Positions 27,382 to 37,372 of a stretch of DNA of 64,000 nt are shown here, piece after piece; the stretch's first letter is position 1, and each line of letters starts with the position of its first letter. Where the stretch lies: NCBI GenBank assembly GCA_022530585.1, contig CP092821.1, forward strand, positions 70,222 to 134,221, written 5' to 3'. The notes beneath the pieces were generated by a model. The model saw only the letters and a list, made by a program, of their open reading frames with translations, had not been told where the DNA came from and searched no databases. Source of the stretch: Candidatus Nealsonbacteria bacterium DGGOD1a (GTDB lineage Bacteria; Patescibacteriota; Minisyncoccia; Minisyncoccales; UBA5738). Position numbers and translations under genes: made by a program.

Positions 27382-28254
27382 ATGGAATTAAAGGAGATCC
27401 GCCTAAAAATCCAATCGGTTTCCAACATCTGGAAGCTGACCAGCGCTCTTGAAACTTTGTCGGCGCTGAAAATGAAAAAATCCCAGAAATTCGCTTTGCT
27501 GTCGCGGCCGTTTGCCCAAAAGGTGGGGCGGCTGGTGCGCCGGCTGGAACCGATGTTGAGAGACAGTGTTTCGCTGCGCAAAAGAAAATTGCGGACGGCG
27601 CTGGCGGTGGTGATCGCCAGCGACCGGGGTTTTTGCGGATCGTTTAACCAGAATATTTTAAAGACTGCCCAAATTGAAATTGAAAAACTTGAAAAGAAAT
27701 CGGATGTCGCGGTTTTTCCGATCGGAAAGAAGGCGGTGGCTTTTTTCAAAAAGCGCGGCCGGAATTTCGATCAAAGTATGACCGGTATCGGGGATTACGG
27801 ATCGCTGGAGGAAATAAAACCGGTTTCCGATTTCATAATCAGATCCTACATCGAAAACAAGTACCAGCGGGTTTACCTTGTATGGACCGACTTTATTTCC
27901 ACATTCAACCAGAAGCCGCGGTCAATGCAGCTTTTGCCCCTGGAATGGAACGAACTTAAGGAATTCGCGCAGGAAAGCGACAAGGAAGCGATGGACACCG
28001 AAACCTTGATCGAGCCGTCGCCGCAAACGCTGGTGAAAGAAATTATTCCCCAACTGGTGGAATATTTGATTTACCAGTGCATTTTGGAAAGCAACGCTTC
28101 GGAACATTCGGCGAGGATGACGGCGATGCGCAACGCTTCGGATAATGCCCATGAGCGGGTCGGCGAATTGACTTTGGATTATAACAAGGCGCGCCAGGAA
28201 CAGATTACCAATGAGGTCTGCGAAATTTCTTCGGCGAAAGAAGTGTTGGGTTAA
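27382..28254 (+). CDS. atpG: F0F1 ATP synthase subunit gamma
   Basis: N-terminal IRLKIQSVSNIWKLTSALE and C-terminal ARQEQITNEVCEISSA are gamma hallmarks. Confidence 0.9.
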   Translation: MELKEIRLKIQSVSNIWKLTSALETLSALKMKKSQKFALLSRPFAQKVGRLVRRLEPMLRDSVSLRKRKLRTALAVVIASDRGFCGSFNQNILKTAQIEIEKLEKKSDVAVFPIGKKAVAFFKKRGRNFDQSMTGIGDYGSLEEIKPVSDFIIRSYIENKYQRVYLVWTDFISTFNQKPRSMQLLPLEWNELKEFAQESDKEAMDTETLIEPSPQTLVKEIIPQLVEYLIYQCILESNASEHSARMTAMRNASDNAHERVGELTLDYNKARQEQITNEVCEISSAKEVLG

Positions 28255-29736
<1,482 letters not shown>

Positions 29737-29840
29737 AAATTGAAAAATCAAAATGAAAAACGACAATGTAAAATTTAAAATGCATTTCATAATTTTACAT
29801 TTTGAATTGTCGTTTTGATCTTTGATATTTATATTTTCAA
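29737..29840. repeat. AT-rich palindromic intergenic repeat (atpD/atpC spacer)
   Basis: aaaattgaaaaatcaaaatgaaaaacgacaatgtaaaattt ... aattttacattttgaattgtcgttttgatctttgat. Confidence 0.8.
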
Positions 29841-29849
29841 TCAATCAAA

Positions 29850-30089
29850 ATGAAAGTCGAAATATTAACTCCGAAAGGAATGGAATTTTCCGGCGAGGCG
29901 AAAGAACTGATTTTGCCGACGCGCGAAGGGCAGATCGCGGTGTTGCCGCGCCATGTGCCGTTGATTTCGGTTTTAAAACCCGGCAAGATGAAAATCATTA
30001 CCGCCGAAAAACGGATTGACAGGGAAATTGAAGGCGGTATTTTGGAAGTGGGCAAAAACAAGGCGGTGATATTATTGAAGAAATTCTAA
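29850..30089 (+). CDS. atpC: F0F1 ATP synthase subunit epsilon (79 aa, beta-sandwich only)
   Basis: MKVEILTPKGMEFSGEAKELILPTREGQIAVLPRHVPL matches the epsilon N-domain. The C-terminal helical hairpin is absent. Confidence 0.8.
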   Translation: MKVEILTPKGMEFSGEAKELILPTREGQIAVLPRHVPLISVLKPGKMKIITAEKRIDREIEGGILEVGKNKAVILLKKF

Positions 30090-30196
30090 GAAAACTTTTA
30101 TATGGGAGAAATCGCGGCTAAATTATTGTTGCAAACTTTAATGGCTAAAATAAACAAAATTAGCGCAATTGGCGTTTATCAACCTAATTATTGAAT

Positions 30197-30220
30197 CGGC
30201 CCCGCAAGGGCTGGTTTTTT
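30197..30220 (+). terminator. Rho-independent terminator after the atp operon
   Basis: cggccc-cgcaa-gggctg stem followed by gtttttt. Confidence 0.6.
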
Positions 30221-30228
30221 GGAAGATT

Positions 30229-30870
30229 ATGTTTAATTTATTTCCCAAGGACGGCGTTTTTTATCAGCTTTTTGAAAAACAAACCGAAAAAATAGATGAG
30301 GCGGCGAAACTTTTGAGAAAGCTTTTGGAAGAACCGGAGAAGTTGAATGAAATTTCTTTACGGCTGAAAGAATTGGAAATTGAGGCGGACAATGTGGGCC
30401 ACGAGGTAATGGATCATTTGAGGAAAAATTTCATTACTCCCATGGAAGGGGAAGACATTGATCTCTTGCGGCAAAACCTCGACGATATAATGGATTTTAT
30501 CGAAAGATCGGTTAATCGCATCGGTCTTTACCGCATCCGGCCGCCGTTTCCGAAAGAGATTGCCGAATATGTCGGCGTCATCAGCGGGGCGGTGGCCGAG
30601 ATTAGCGAAGGAATGAAGGAACTCAAGAACATCAAGAAATTCGGTCCGTCGCTGCAAAAGCGCTGCGAGCGCCTCAACGAATTGGAAAATGTGGGCGACG
30701 ATATCAATCGCAAGGCTTTGGGCGGATTGATGGGCATACAAAGCGTTTCTTGCGACAAATTGATGGAAGTTATCAAGCTCAAGGAAATATATGAAACGCT
30801 GGAAAATGCCATTGATTGTTGCGAAAATGTGGGCAATATGTTCGAATCGATCCTGATAAAAAATCAGTAA
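30229..30870 (+). CDS. DUF47 / PhoU-like phosphate transport regulator
   Basis: The start MFNLFPKDGVFYQLFEKQ and its position immediately upstream of a PiT transporter are typical of the DUF47 family. Confidence 0.7.
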   Translation: MFNLFPKDGVFYQLFEKQTEKIDEAAKLLRKLLEEPEKLNEISLRLKELEIEADNVGHEVMDHLRKNFITPMEGEDIDLLRQNLDDIMDFIERSVNRIGLYRIRPPFPKEIAEYVGVISGAVAEISEGMKELKNIKKFGPSLQKRCERLNELENVGDDINRKALGGLMGIQSVSCDKLMEVIKLKEIYETLENAIDCCENVGNMFESILIKNQ

Positions 30871-30892
30871 GACATAAGACCGTTTAAACATA

Positions 30893-31885
30893 ATGGTGCT
30901 GGAAACCGCGTTCATTGTTTTTATCATTTTTACGGCATTGGCGTTTGATTTTACCAATGGCATGCACGATGCCGCCAATTCGATTTCGACGATTGTGTCA
31001 ACGAGGGTATTGCCGCCCAAACTGGCCGTTTTCTGGGCGGCGCTTTTCAATTTTATCGCGTTCGCGATTTTTGGCACGGCCGTGGCGAAAACGATCGGTT
31101 CGGGAATGATCGATATTAAAACCGTGACCCCGCAGGTGATCTTTTGCGGTTTGCTCGGCGCGATCGGATGGAATATTTTCACATGGTTGAAGGGTCTTCC
31201 CACCAGTTCGTCGCACGCTTTGATCGGCGCCTACGCGGGCGCGGCGGTGGCTAACGCCGGGATGGAAGCGATTATTCCGGGCGGCTGGACAAAGACTTTG
31301 TTGTTCATAATTATGGCGCCGGCCATCGGTTTGGCGCTGGGTTATTTTTTCAAAGTGCTTTCGTCGTGGATCGCGTATAATCATTCGCCGGCCGGCGTGA
31401 GCAAATGGTCCCGGATATTGCAGTTGTTTTCCGCCGCGCTTTACAGTTTGGGCCATGGCGGCAACGACGCCCAGAAAACTATGGGAATTATCACCGGTTT
31501 GCTTTTCGTGGGAGGTTTTGTGCCGAGTTTGGATATTCCTTTATGGGTGGTTTTGAGCGCGCATGCCGCGATCGCTTTGGGGACATTGAGCGGCGGTTGG
31601 CGTATTGTGCGAACCATGGGAACCAAAATTACCAAGTTAAAACCGATTGACGGCGTGTGCGCCGAAGGCGCCAGCGCCATCAGTATTTTTTGGGCTACGC
31701 ATCTGGGCGTGCCGGTGAGCACCACTCATGTGATCACCGGAGCGATTTCGGGCGTGGGCGCCGCCCACCGTATCACCGCGGTGCGCTGGAATGTGGCGTT
31801 TAACATTGTCTGGGCATGGCTGTTTACCATTCCCGGCGCGGCTTTGATCGGCGCGATCGCGTTTTTATTATTGAAGAATTTCTGA
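30893..31885 (+). CDS. pitA: PiT-family inorganic phosphate transporter
   Basis: Duplicated signature GMHDAANSI and GGNDAQKTMG. Multi-TM protein. Confidence 0.9.
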   Translation: MVLETAFIVFIIFTALAFDFTNGMHDAANSISTIVSTRVLPPKLAVFWAALFNFIAFAIFGTAVAKTIGSGMIDIKTVTPQVIFCGLLGAIGWNIFTWLKGLPTSSSHALIGAYAGAAVANAGMEAIIPGGWTKTLLFIIMAPAIGLALGYFFKVLSSWIAYNHSPAGVSKWSRILQLFSAALYSLGHGGNDAQKTMGIITGLLFVGGFVPSLDIPLWVVLSAHAAIALGTLSGGWRIVRTMGTKITKLKPIDGVCAEGASAISIFWATHLGVPVSTTHVITGAISGVGAAHRITAVRWNVAFNIVWAWLFTIPGAALIGAIAFLLLKNF

Positions 31886-31956
31886 AGGTGTCTGAAAGGA
31901 CAGCTTGCTTTGAAACTTGTTTTTTGGTATCGTGGTGATGTGCTAAAGTGGAACTA

Positions 31957-32586
31957 ATGATAAAGCTTGTTATTTTTGATTTTTTCGGCACTTTGGGTTA
32001 TTATGATTCCGCCGAGCATCGGCGGGTGTTTGAAAAGCTGAAAGAATTCAATTTGCCGGTTGACGAAGAAAAAGTTGTCGCGAAGCTGTCCGAAGTTTTG
32101 CCGGATTATTTTTCGCGCGCCGAAAGCTGGCAGGGAGTCGCCGACAAGATCATTCAGAAGCTGGGCATTGTTTTGGAACTTGACCGGCGCGAAACACTGG
32201 CCGCGTTTCTGGAAAGAAAATTGGCCTGCAAGCTGTTTTGCGATGCCAAAGAGGTGTTGAATCTTCCGCAGGATAAAGCGATTTTGACTTTAAGCGCTAA
32301 ATTTCTGATCGACAGCATTTCCGCATTGCGCCATTTCGCGGTGTTTACGCCGAAAACCGCGGGCGCGGCTAAACCCGAACTTAAGGCTTTTTTGGCGGTA
32401 CTGGCAAAAATGAAGGTCGATCCCGAAGAAGCGGTGATGGTGGGCGACAGTTTGGAAAATGACATTCTGCCCGCGTTGGCGCTGGGCATCAAACCGATAT
32501 TGATCGATAGAAAAGGAGAGATTGAAATTGATAATCCGGCAATCACCAAAATTTCTTCGCTGAAAGAACTGAAAAAGTGTCTTTAG
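31957..32586 (+). CDS. HAD-superfamily hydrolase
   Basis: Motif I VIFDFFGTLG, plus a late MVGDSLENDI motif. Confidence 0.75.
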   Translation: MIKLVIFDFFGTLGYYDSAEHRRVFEKLKEFNLPVDEEKVVAKLSEVLPDYFSRAESWQGVADKIIQKLGIVLELDRRETLAAFLERKLACKLFCDAKEVLNLPQDKAILTLSAKFLIDSISALRHFAVFTPKTAGAAKPELKAFLAVLAKMKVDPEEAVMVGDSLENDILPALALGIKPILIDRKGEIEIDNPAITKISSLKELKKCL

Positions 32587-34243
32587 TTCGTATTTCGTTT
32601 TTAATTTTGATATTTGATATTTGAAAATTGGTTATTGAAAATTGCGCGTAATCGCGCCTTGGGCCCGTAGTACAGTGGTACCACGCGGCATTCGCATTGC
32701 CGAGACGCGAGTCCGATTCTCGCCGGGTCCACATTTCTGTTTCGGAGGGTAAATTTTCGCCCGCCCCGCCTTCGGCGGGGTTTTGTTTTGCCAATTTTTC
32801 GAGGGAAATCCACGGCATTTTCAATTCCACGGCGAGGGTTTGGTTTTGAATTCGGCGGTTCGATCCGATCTTTTCAAGAAATGCGCGCATTTCTTGAAAA
32901 TCATTACCCAGAGCTAATTTTTCCGCTTGGTTTGCCTCTAAAACCCACTTTCGCGCGAGTTCGAGCCAACGATTGCCTTTTCGCTCAAAATCGGACAATT
33001 TTTCTTCAAAATCTTTTCTTTCGGCCATCAATTTGTTCTTTCGCTCCTGATATTCGGACAATCCCAAGCCGCCGTCCAGATAAGCGTCAGTCAGGCGGTT
33101 GATTTTTGCTTTTAAGGCCAAAAGCTGGCTTTGGAGATTTTGAGCGAAAAGTTCCGATGGTTGCTGGTTTTCGTTTTCCCATTGGTTCAATCTCTCCAGA
33201 TATTTTTCGCGCCATTCATCGGGCAAAGAAATTTTTTGAACACAGCTCTTAACCTGTTCGGCCAATTCTTCCTCCCGCAAAAAGCGGTGCTGTCCGCAAG
33301 TTATCGTTTTGCTTTTGTGAGTGCAACGATAATAAATATATATCTTGCCGCTCTTTTTGGTTTTTCTTTCTGCGGTGATTGAATAGCCGCAATCTCCGCA
33401 AGCGGCAAAATTAAGGAAATAAAAGCCTTTGTTTCCGCGCTTTTTGCGGGGTTTGCCGTTATCAGCCAAAGCCTGCTGGATTTGATCAAAAAGTTTTTTT
33501 GAAATCATCGGCTTGTGCGATCCTTGATGTATTTCTCCGCGATAGCGGAAGTATCCGTAATAAAAGGGATTTTCAAGAATATGGCGGACGGAAGCTATAT
33601 GCAAACGATTCCCGTTATGGCTGGTTAAACCAGCGGAAAACATTTTTTTCTGCATTGCCGTCAATGTATATTTTCCGGTAGCAAAAGCCTCCAAGCATTC
33701 TTTAACCTTTTTAAAAGTTTTTATATCAGGTTCAATGGTTCTTAACTTGGGTTCATTAAAATATCCCAAAGGGGCTTTTGCCGACAGTTCACCGCGCCGT
33801 ATTTTTTGCCTTATGCCGCGCAAAATATTTTCTCGAAGATTATCTGTATAATATTTAGCCTGCCCAAAAGCCACGGAAAGCATAAATTTTCCTTGCGGCG
33901 TTGGCTCAAACCAAAAAGTAGGGAAGCGCAAAGCAACGATCTTGCCAATATCCACAAGATAAATGATCCGCCCGCCGTCAATGGAATTGCGGGCTAAACG
34001 GTCGGGGTGCCAAGCCAAAATGCCAACGCCGTTCGTTTTCTCGATCTTTGCGATCATCTCCCCGAACTTCTCGCGACCCGGAATCTTCGCGCTTTTGGCT
34101 TCGGTGATTTCTTCGACAATCTCAAAACCTTCTTTTCGAGCATATTCCCGTAGCTCGCAAAGCTGTGCCTCAATACTCATTATTTGATGATCTTCGTCTT
34201 CGGTAGATTTTCGGGCGTAGAGGTAAAATTTAAGATTGGACAT
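32543..34243 (-). CDS. Large serine recombinase (resolvase N-domain, recombinase domain, zinc ribbon, coiled coil)
   Basis: N-terminal FYLYARKSTEDE (catalytic Ser), HPDRLARN, and Zn ribbon CGDCGYS...YYRCTHK...CGQ. The last 61 codons read through the CCAC core and the antisense of tRNA-Ala, so the functional stop is uncertain. Confidence 0.85.
   Translation of the reverse strand: MSNLKFYLYARKSTEDEDHQIMSIEAQLCELREYARKEGFEIVEEITEAKSAKIPGREKFGEMIAKIEKTNGVGILAWHPDRLARNSIDGGRIIYLVDIGKIVALRFPTFWFEPTPQGKFMLSVAFGQAKYYTDNLRENILRGIRQKIRRGELSAKAPLGYFNEPKLRTIEPDIKTFKKVKECLEAFATGKYTLTAMQKKMFSAGLTSHNGNRLHIASVRHILENPFYYGYFRYRGEIHQGSHKPMISKKLFDQIQQALADNGKPRKKRGNKGFYFLNFAACGDCGYSITAERKTKKSGKIYIYYRCTHKSKTITCGQHRFLREEELAEQVKSCVQKISLPDEWREKYLERLNQWENENQQPSELFAQNLQSQLLALKAKINRLTDAYLDGGLGLSEYQERKNKLMAERKDFEEKLSDFERKGNRWLELARKWVLEANQAEKLALGNDFQEMRAFLEKIGSNRRIQNQTLAVELKMPWISLEKLAKQNPAEGGAGENLPSETEMWTRRESDSRLGNANAAWYHCTTGPRRDYAQFSITNFQISNIKIKNEIRTKDTFSVLSAKKFW
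32590..32645. repeat. AT-rich repeat / ATTGAAA tract upstream of tRNA-Ala
   Basis: tttttaattttgatatttgatatttgaaaattggttattgaaaattg. Confidence 0.7.
32661..32731 (+). tRNA. tRNA-Ala (anticodon CGC) with non-canonical features
   Basis: Acceptor gggcccg/cgggtcc with the G3:U70 Ala identity pair. Anticodon stem cggca/tgccg with loop ttCGCat. The D-stem (gtac/ccac) has two mismatches. The T-loop reads tccgatt (C at position 55). 71 nt. Confidence 0.65.
32729..32852. repeat. IR-A left copy (124 bp)
   Basis: Reverse complement of 36411-36534 with 4 mismatches by eye. It contains the 3' coding end of the recombinase and a ccccgccttcggcgggg hairpin. Confidence 0.9.
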
Positions 34244-34261
34244 AGGTTTTTAATGTGATAA

Positions 34262-34880
34262 ACTGTATTTTAATAATGTTTTCACCCTGTCGGTCTTGCC
34301 GCAGGGAACAACTTAAGGGGGTGGTTTGGTAGGGGGATATCCCCCTACCATCACGCGCGAAAGCGCGTCCGTGTTACAATAAGCCAATATGGAGCAAGAA
34401 AAGCGGGATATCTGGCGTTGGTACCACAATGTTTCCGAATGTTATTACCACATCCAGATTACGGTCAAATATCGCAAAGCATTACTGAACGAAAAGGTGA
34501 TTGCCGCAATTGTCGAGAGCCTGAAAGGATTTATGGAACGGTACGCCATTGAGATCAGCCATGTGGGATTCGACCAAGACCACGCCCATATTCTGGCAAG
34601 ATTCCTGCCGAAGTATTCCGGCGGCCAGGTTATCAAAATAATAAAAAGCATTACCGCGCGCGAGGTGTTCCGGCAAGTTCCCGAAATTAAAAAAGAACTC
34701 TGGGGTGGAGAGTTCTGGACAGACGGCTATTATATCGCTACGATCAGCGCACGCGGTAATAGGAAAGTTATTGAGCGATACATTCAAAACCAAGGCAGAC
34801 CAAAAGATGTGAGCCAGTTACGATTGTTTGAATTGTAGCTGCGAACGCCCTGCGGTCTTGCCGCAGGGTCATTTACAGCA
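34262..34880 (+). mobile_element. IS200-like insertion sequence (TnpA only); boundaries approximate
   Basis: A Y1 transposase gene is flanked by near-identical subterminal hairpins: ccctgtcggtcttgccgcaggg (34285-34306) and ccctgcggtcttgccgcaggg (34848-34868). Confidence 0.65.
34389..34838 (+). CDS. tnpA: IS200/IS605-family Y1 (HUH) transposase TnpA
   Basis: HUH motif DHAHILARF. Catalytic Tyr region WTDGYYIATIS. About 149 aa. Confidence 0.85.
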   Translation: MEQEKRDIWRWYHNVSECYYHIQITVKYRKALLNEKVIAAIVESLKGFMERYAIEISHVGFDQDHAHILARFLPKYSGGQVIKIIKSITAREVFRQVPEIKKELWGGEFWTDGYYIATISARGNRKVIERYIQNQGRPKDVSQLRLFEL

Positions 34881-34931
34881 GAAATAAAGTTGTCTATTAT
34901 CAATTAAAATTCTACTACTTTAACTTAGTAT

Positions 34932-35129
34932 ATGTCAAACCTTGCCGAAAATTTAAGGCGGCTTAGAAAAGCCAAAGACTTAACCCAAGAAAAGCTGGCG
35001 CGGCTTGCCGATCTTACCAATAACACAATAATTAAAATTGAAGCTGGTAAAAACCAAAATCCAACGCTCGACACTCTCAAAAATATCGCCAAAGTTCTTG
35101 AGGTTAGCGTTGATGAATTAATAAAATAA
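34932..35129 (+). CDS. XRE-family HTH transcriptional regulator
   Basis: LRRLRKAKDLTQEKLARLADLTNNTIIKIEAGKNQNPTLDTL is a typical Cro/C1 HTH. Confidence 0.8.
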   Translation: MSNLAENLRRLRKAKDLTQEKLARLADLTNNTIIKIEAGKNQNPTLDTLKNIAKVLEVSVDELIK

Positions 35130-35138
35130 TTAAAAACT

Positions 35139-35675
35139 ATGGACAATTTAATGCAAAATTTCGGCGATAGAGGCGAAAAAATATTGAAAGAAAATATTGT
35201 CAATAACGAGGAAAAAATATTTGTAAAACTACAAGGTTCATTCGGGGAAGGATTAGTAATCACAGACAAAAGACTTTATGTTTTAAAATGGGGATTTATG
35301 ACAGGGAATCTTATAGGCGGAAGATGTAATGTTTTTGAGTTTGGCAATATTACAGGCATAGAGATTAAAAAAGGTTGGACTGGCACTTTTGAAGTATTAA
35401 CGCCAGCGACTCAAAACACTCAAAAAAGTTATTGGGGCAAGGACAATAATAGTGCGATTAAAAGTGATAATATTGTTACTTTCCAACAGGATAAATTTAA
35501 TCTTTTCCAAGAAGCTACAAAAATTGGCAGAGAAATGATAAGCAATTTTCATTCAAAAGGAAGTGTTAAAACCACTGATTATTCGGAATTAGAAAAATTA
35601 GCAGAGCTTAAAGAAAAAGGTATAATTACGCAAGAAGAATTTAATGCCAAGAAAAAATCTATTCTTGGGTTATAA
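35139..35675 (+). CDS. PH-like (bPH/YokE-type) domain protein with a C-terminal SHOCT domain
   Basis: GLVITDKRLYVLKWG... resembles a bacterial PH domain. The C-terminal ELEKLAELKEKGIITQEEFNAKKKSIL is the SHOCT motif. Confidence 0.55.
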   Translation: MDNLMQNFGDRGEKILKENIVNNEEKIFVKLQGSFGEGLVITDKRLYVLKWGFMTGNLIGGRCNVFEFGNITGIEIKKGWTGTFEVLTPATQNTQKSYWGKDNNSAIKSDNIVTFQQDKFNLFQEATKIGREMISNFHSKGSVKTTDYSELEKLAELKEKGIITQEEFNAKKKSILGL

Positions 35676-35691
35676 ATTAAAATAAAAAAAT

Positions 35692-36393
35692 ATGATGGAC
35701 TCTTTATTTCGGATTTTATTTTATGTTTCATTTGTTTGTCTAATAATCGGCCTAATTAAACCAACCATTTTTTCGCGCTTCATAAAAGGAGGATCAACGA
35801 GAAAAAAAGTTCTGATAATTTTCGGAATTATGGCACTCGTTTTTGCTTTTTTGTTTGGGGTAACGACTGATACATCGAAAAATAATCAAGCGACGGAAAA
35901 TACACAAAATACTTCCCAAACCGAAGTCAAAGAATCAAATATTGATGGATTGTCGCCAAAATTAGAGAAAATTGAAAATATAGAAGAAAGAACGGCGGCT
36001 ATAAAAAAAGTAAAAACATCGGCAGATCAAGAGATGCTGGCAAGAATGGGATCGCTTATATCATTCATAGATGTTTATAAAAATCCTAAGGGCGAAGGAG
36101 CAATAGTTTGGATGGGGAGCATAGCGCGTCCTAATAGTGGCTTTATATATTTAATTTCGGATAGTTCTGTTTATGCAGTCAATGGAGATGCTTCTGTTTT
36201 GTCGCCTGATATACCATCATCTAAAAATCTCGCGTTTGAAGATTTAAAGGAAATAGGAGAAATGAGATCTTTGGATTATAAAATGCTCTTAGAGGCGTGT
36301 TTAAAAGACGTAGAAACATTAAAAGAAAACGGATTGGTTGAAAAAACAATCAAAGAGGCAGAAGATAAGTGTTATTTAAAATACGAAAAATAA
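35692..36393 (+). CDS. Membrane-anchored hypothetical protein
   Basis: Two N-terminal TM helices. No motif recognised. AT-rich. Confidence 0.45.
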   Translation: MMDSLFRILFYVSFVCLIIGLIKPTIFSRFIKGGSTRKKVLIIFGIMALVFAFLFGVTTDTSKNNQATENTQNTSQTEVKESNIDGLSPKLEKIENIEERTAAIKKVKTSADQEMLARMGSLISFIDVYKNPKGEGAIVWMGSIARPNSGFIYLISDSSVYAVNGDASVLSPDIPSSKNLAFEDLKEIGEMRSLDYKMLLEACLKDVETLKENGLVEKTIKEAEDKCYLKYEK

Positions 36394-36410
36394 CCTTATA
36401 AAATCAGTAA

Positions 36411-36534
36411 AATTCAAAACCAAACCCTCGCCGTCGCATTGAAAGAGCCGTGGATTTCCCTCGAAAAATTGGCAAAACAAAACCCCGCCGAAGGCGGGGC
36501 GGGCGAAAATTTACCCTCCGAAACAGAAATGTGG
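36411..36534. repeat. IR-A right copy (124 bp), inverted
   Basis: Read on the + strand it encodes IQNQTLAVALKEPWISLEKLAKQNPAEGGAGENLPSETEMW. It continues into IR-B as SLLKEVCTFYQQNPE, with a stop at 36580-36582. Confidence 0.9.
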
Positions 36535-36749
36535 TCTTTACTGAAAGAAGTTTGCACTTTCTACCAGCAAAATCCTGAATAGTTTGAGAATACCAAAACC
36601 CAGTCCAAAATGCCAGCTTCTGACCCCCGACTAAGCTCACTTCACCCTGTTTTGGAGTACCAACCCAGGGCTTCGCTCGCAAACCGGCAGCCGGCTTGGG
36701 AATCGGGCTTGGCACAACGCATTTTAGCCGAAAAGATGGGGGGTGAAGG
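36531..36749. repeat. IR-B left copy (219 bp)
   Basis: Reverse complement of 38360-38578 with 2 mismatches by eye. It overlaps IR-A by the 4-bp gtgg/ccac core. Confidence 0.9.
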
Positions 36750-36794
36750 GAAAAGAATTTTAAAATTATTTATTAAAATTTTAGCATTAAAATT

Positions 36795-37301
36795 ATGGAC
36801 ACTGTATTAGCTTTTTTCTTAATTTTTCTTTCACTCGTTATTGGATTTGTCGTGCGCCATCTACTACCTTCATATTTTTCAGAGAAAGGGAAAAATTTAG
36901 CTACAAAAGAAGATATATCTGAAATCACTAAAAAGATAGAGGAAGTAAAAATGGAATTTTCCAGCAAATCTCATACCTTAATAAAGAAAAGAGAGAGCTA
37001 TGAAAAAATATGCAATGGTATGCAGGTATTTGTCGTCGGTCAACCGCAAGATCAAGCCAAAAAGAATGAAATGCTGGAGGCATATTCTACGGCTTGGTTA
37101 TGGGCAAATGATGATGTTCTGAAAAAATTAAATGAACATATTAATTTCCAATTGAAAAATAGCAGTTGCCCGGGATCGGTAGATCAAGCAGGCCTTAAAG
37201 AAAGTTATATAAAATGTATTTTGGAAATGAGAAAAGATTCAGGCTACAGTAATACAAATCAAAAATTATCTGATTTCCAATTCATTTCTTTTAAACCATA
37301 A
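36795..37301 (+). CDS. Hypothetical protein with an N-terminal TM helix
   Basis: ORF only. AT-rich. Located inside the IR-B-flanked segment. Confidence 0.45.
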   Translation: MDTVLAFFLIFLSLVIGFVVRHLLPSYFSEKGKNLATKEDISEITKKIEEVKMEFSSKSHTLIKKRESYEKICNGMQVFVVGQPQDQAKKNEMLEAYSTAWLWANDDVLKKLNEHINFQLKNSSCPGSVDQAGLKESYIKCILEMRKDSGYSNTNQKLSDFQFISFKP

Positions 37302-37372
37302 GTCGAACGCTTTACTTTTTGTTAGAATTTGATAGTCTGGCAATTAGCAATTTAAGTATGAGGTGAGATTAT

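Noticed and set aside
36610-36810. ORFs inside IR-B that give near-identical peptides in both copies: MPASDPRLSSL(H/R)PVLEYQPRASLANRQPAWESGLAQRILAEKMGGEG, at 36610-36810 (+) and 38317-38499 (-). They were considered as a possible excisionase/RDF.
   Set aside because: The identity is a trivial consequence of the inverted repeat. The composition is Pro/Arg/Ser-rich with no HTH or other motif. The region is better explained by base-paired structure. It cannot be excluded without expression data.
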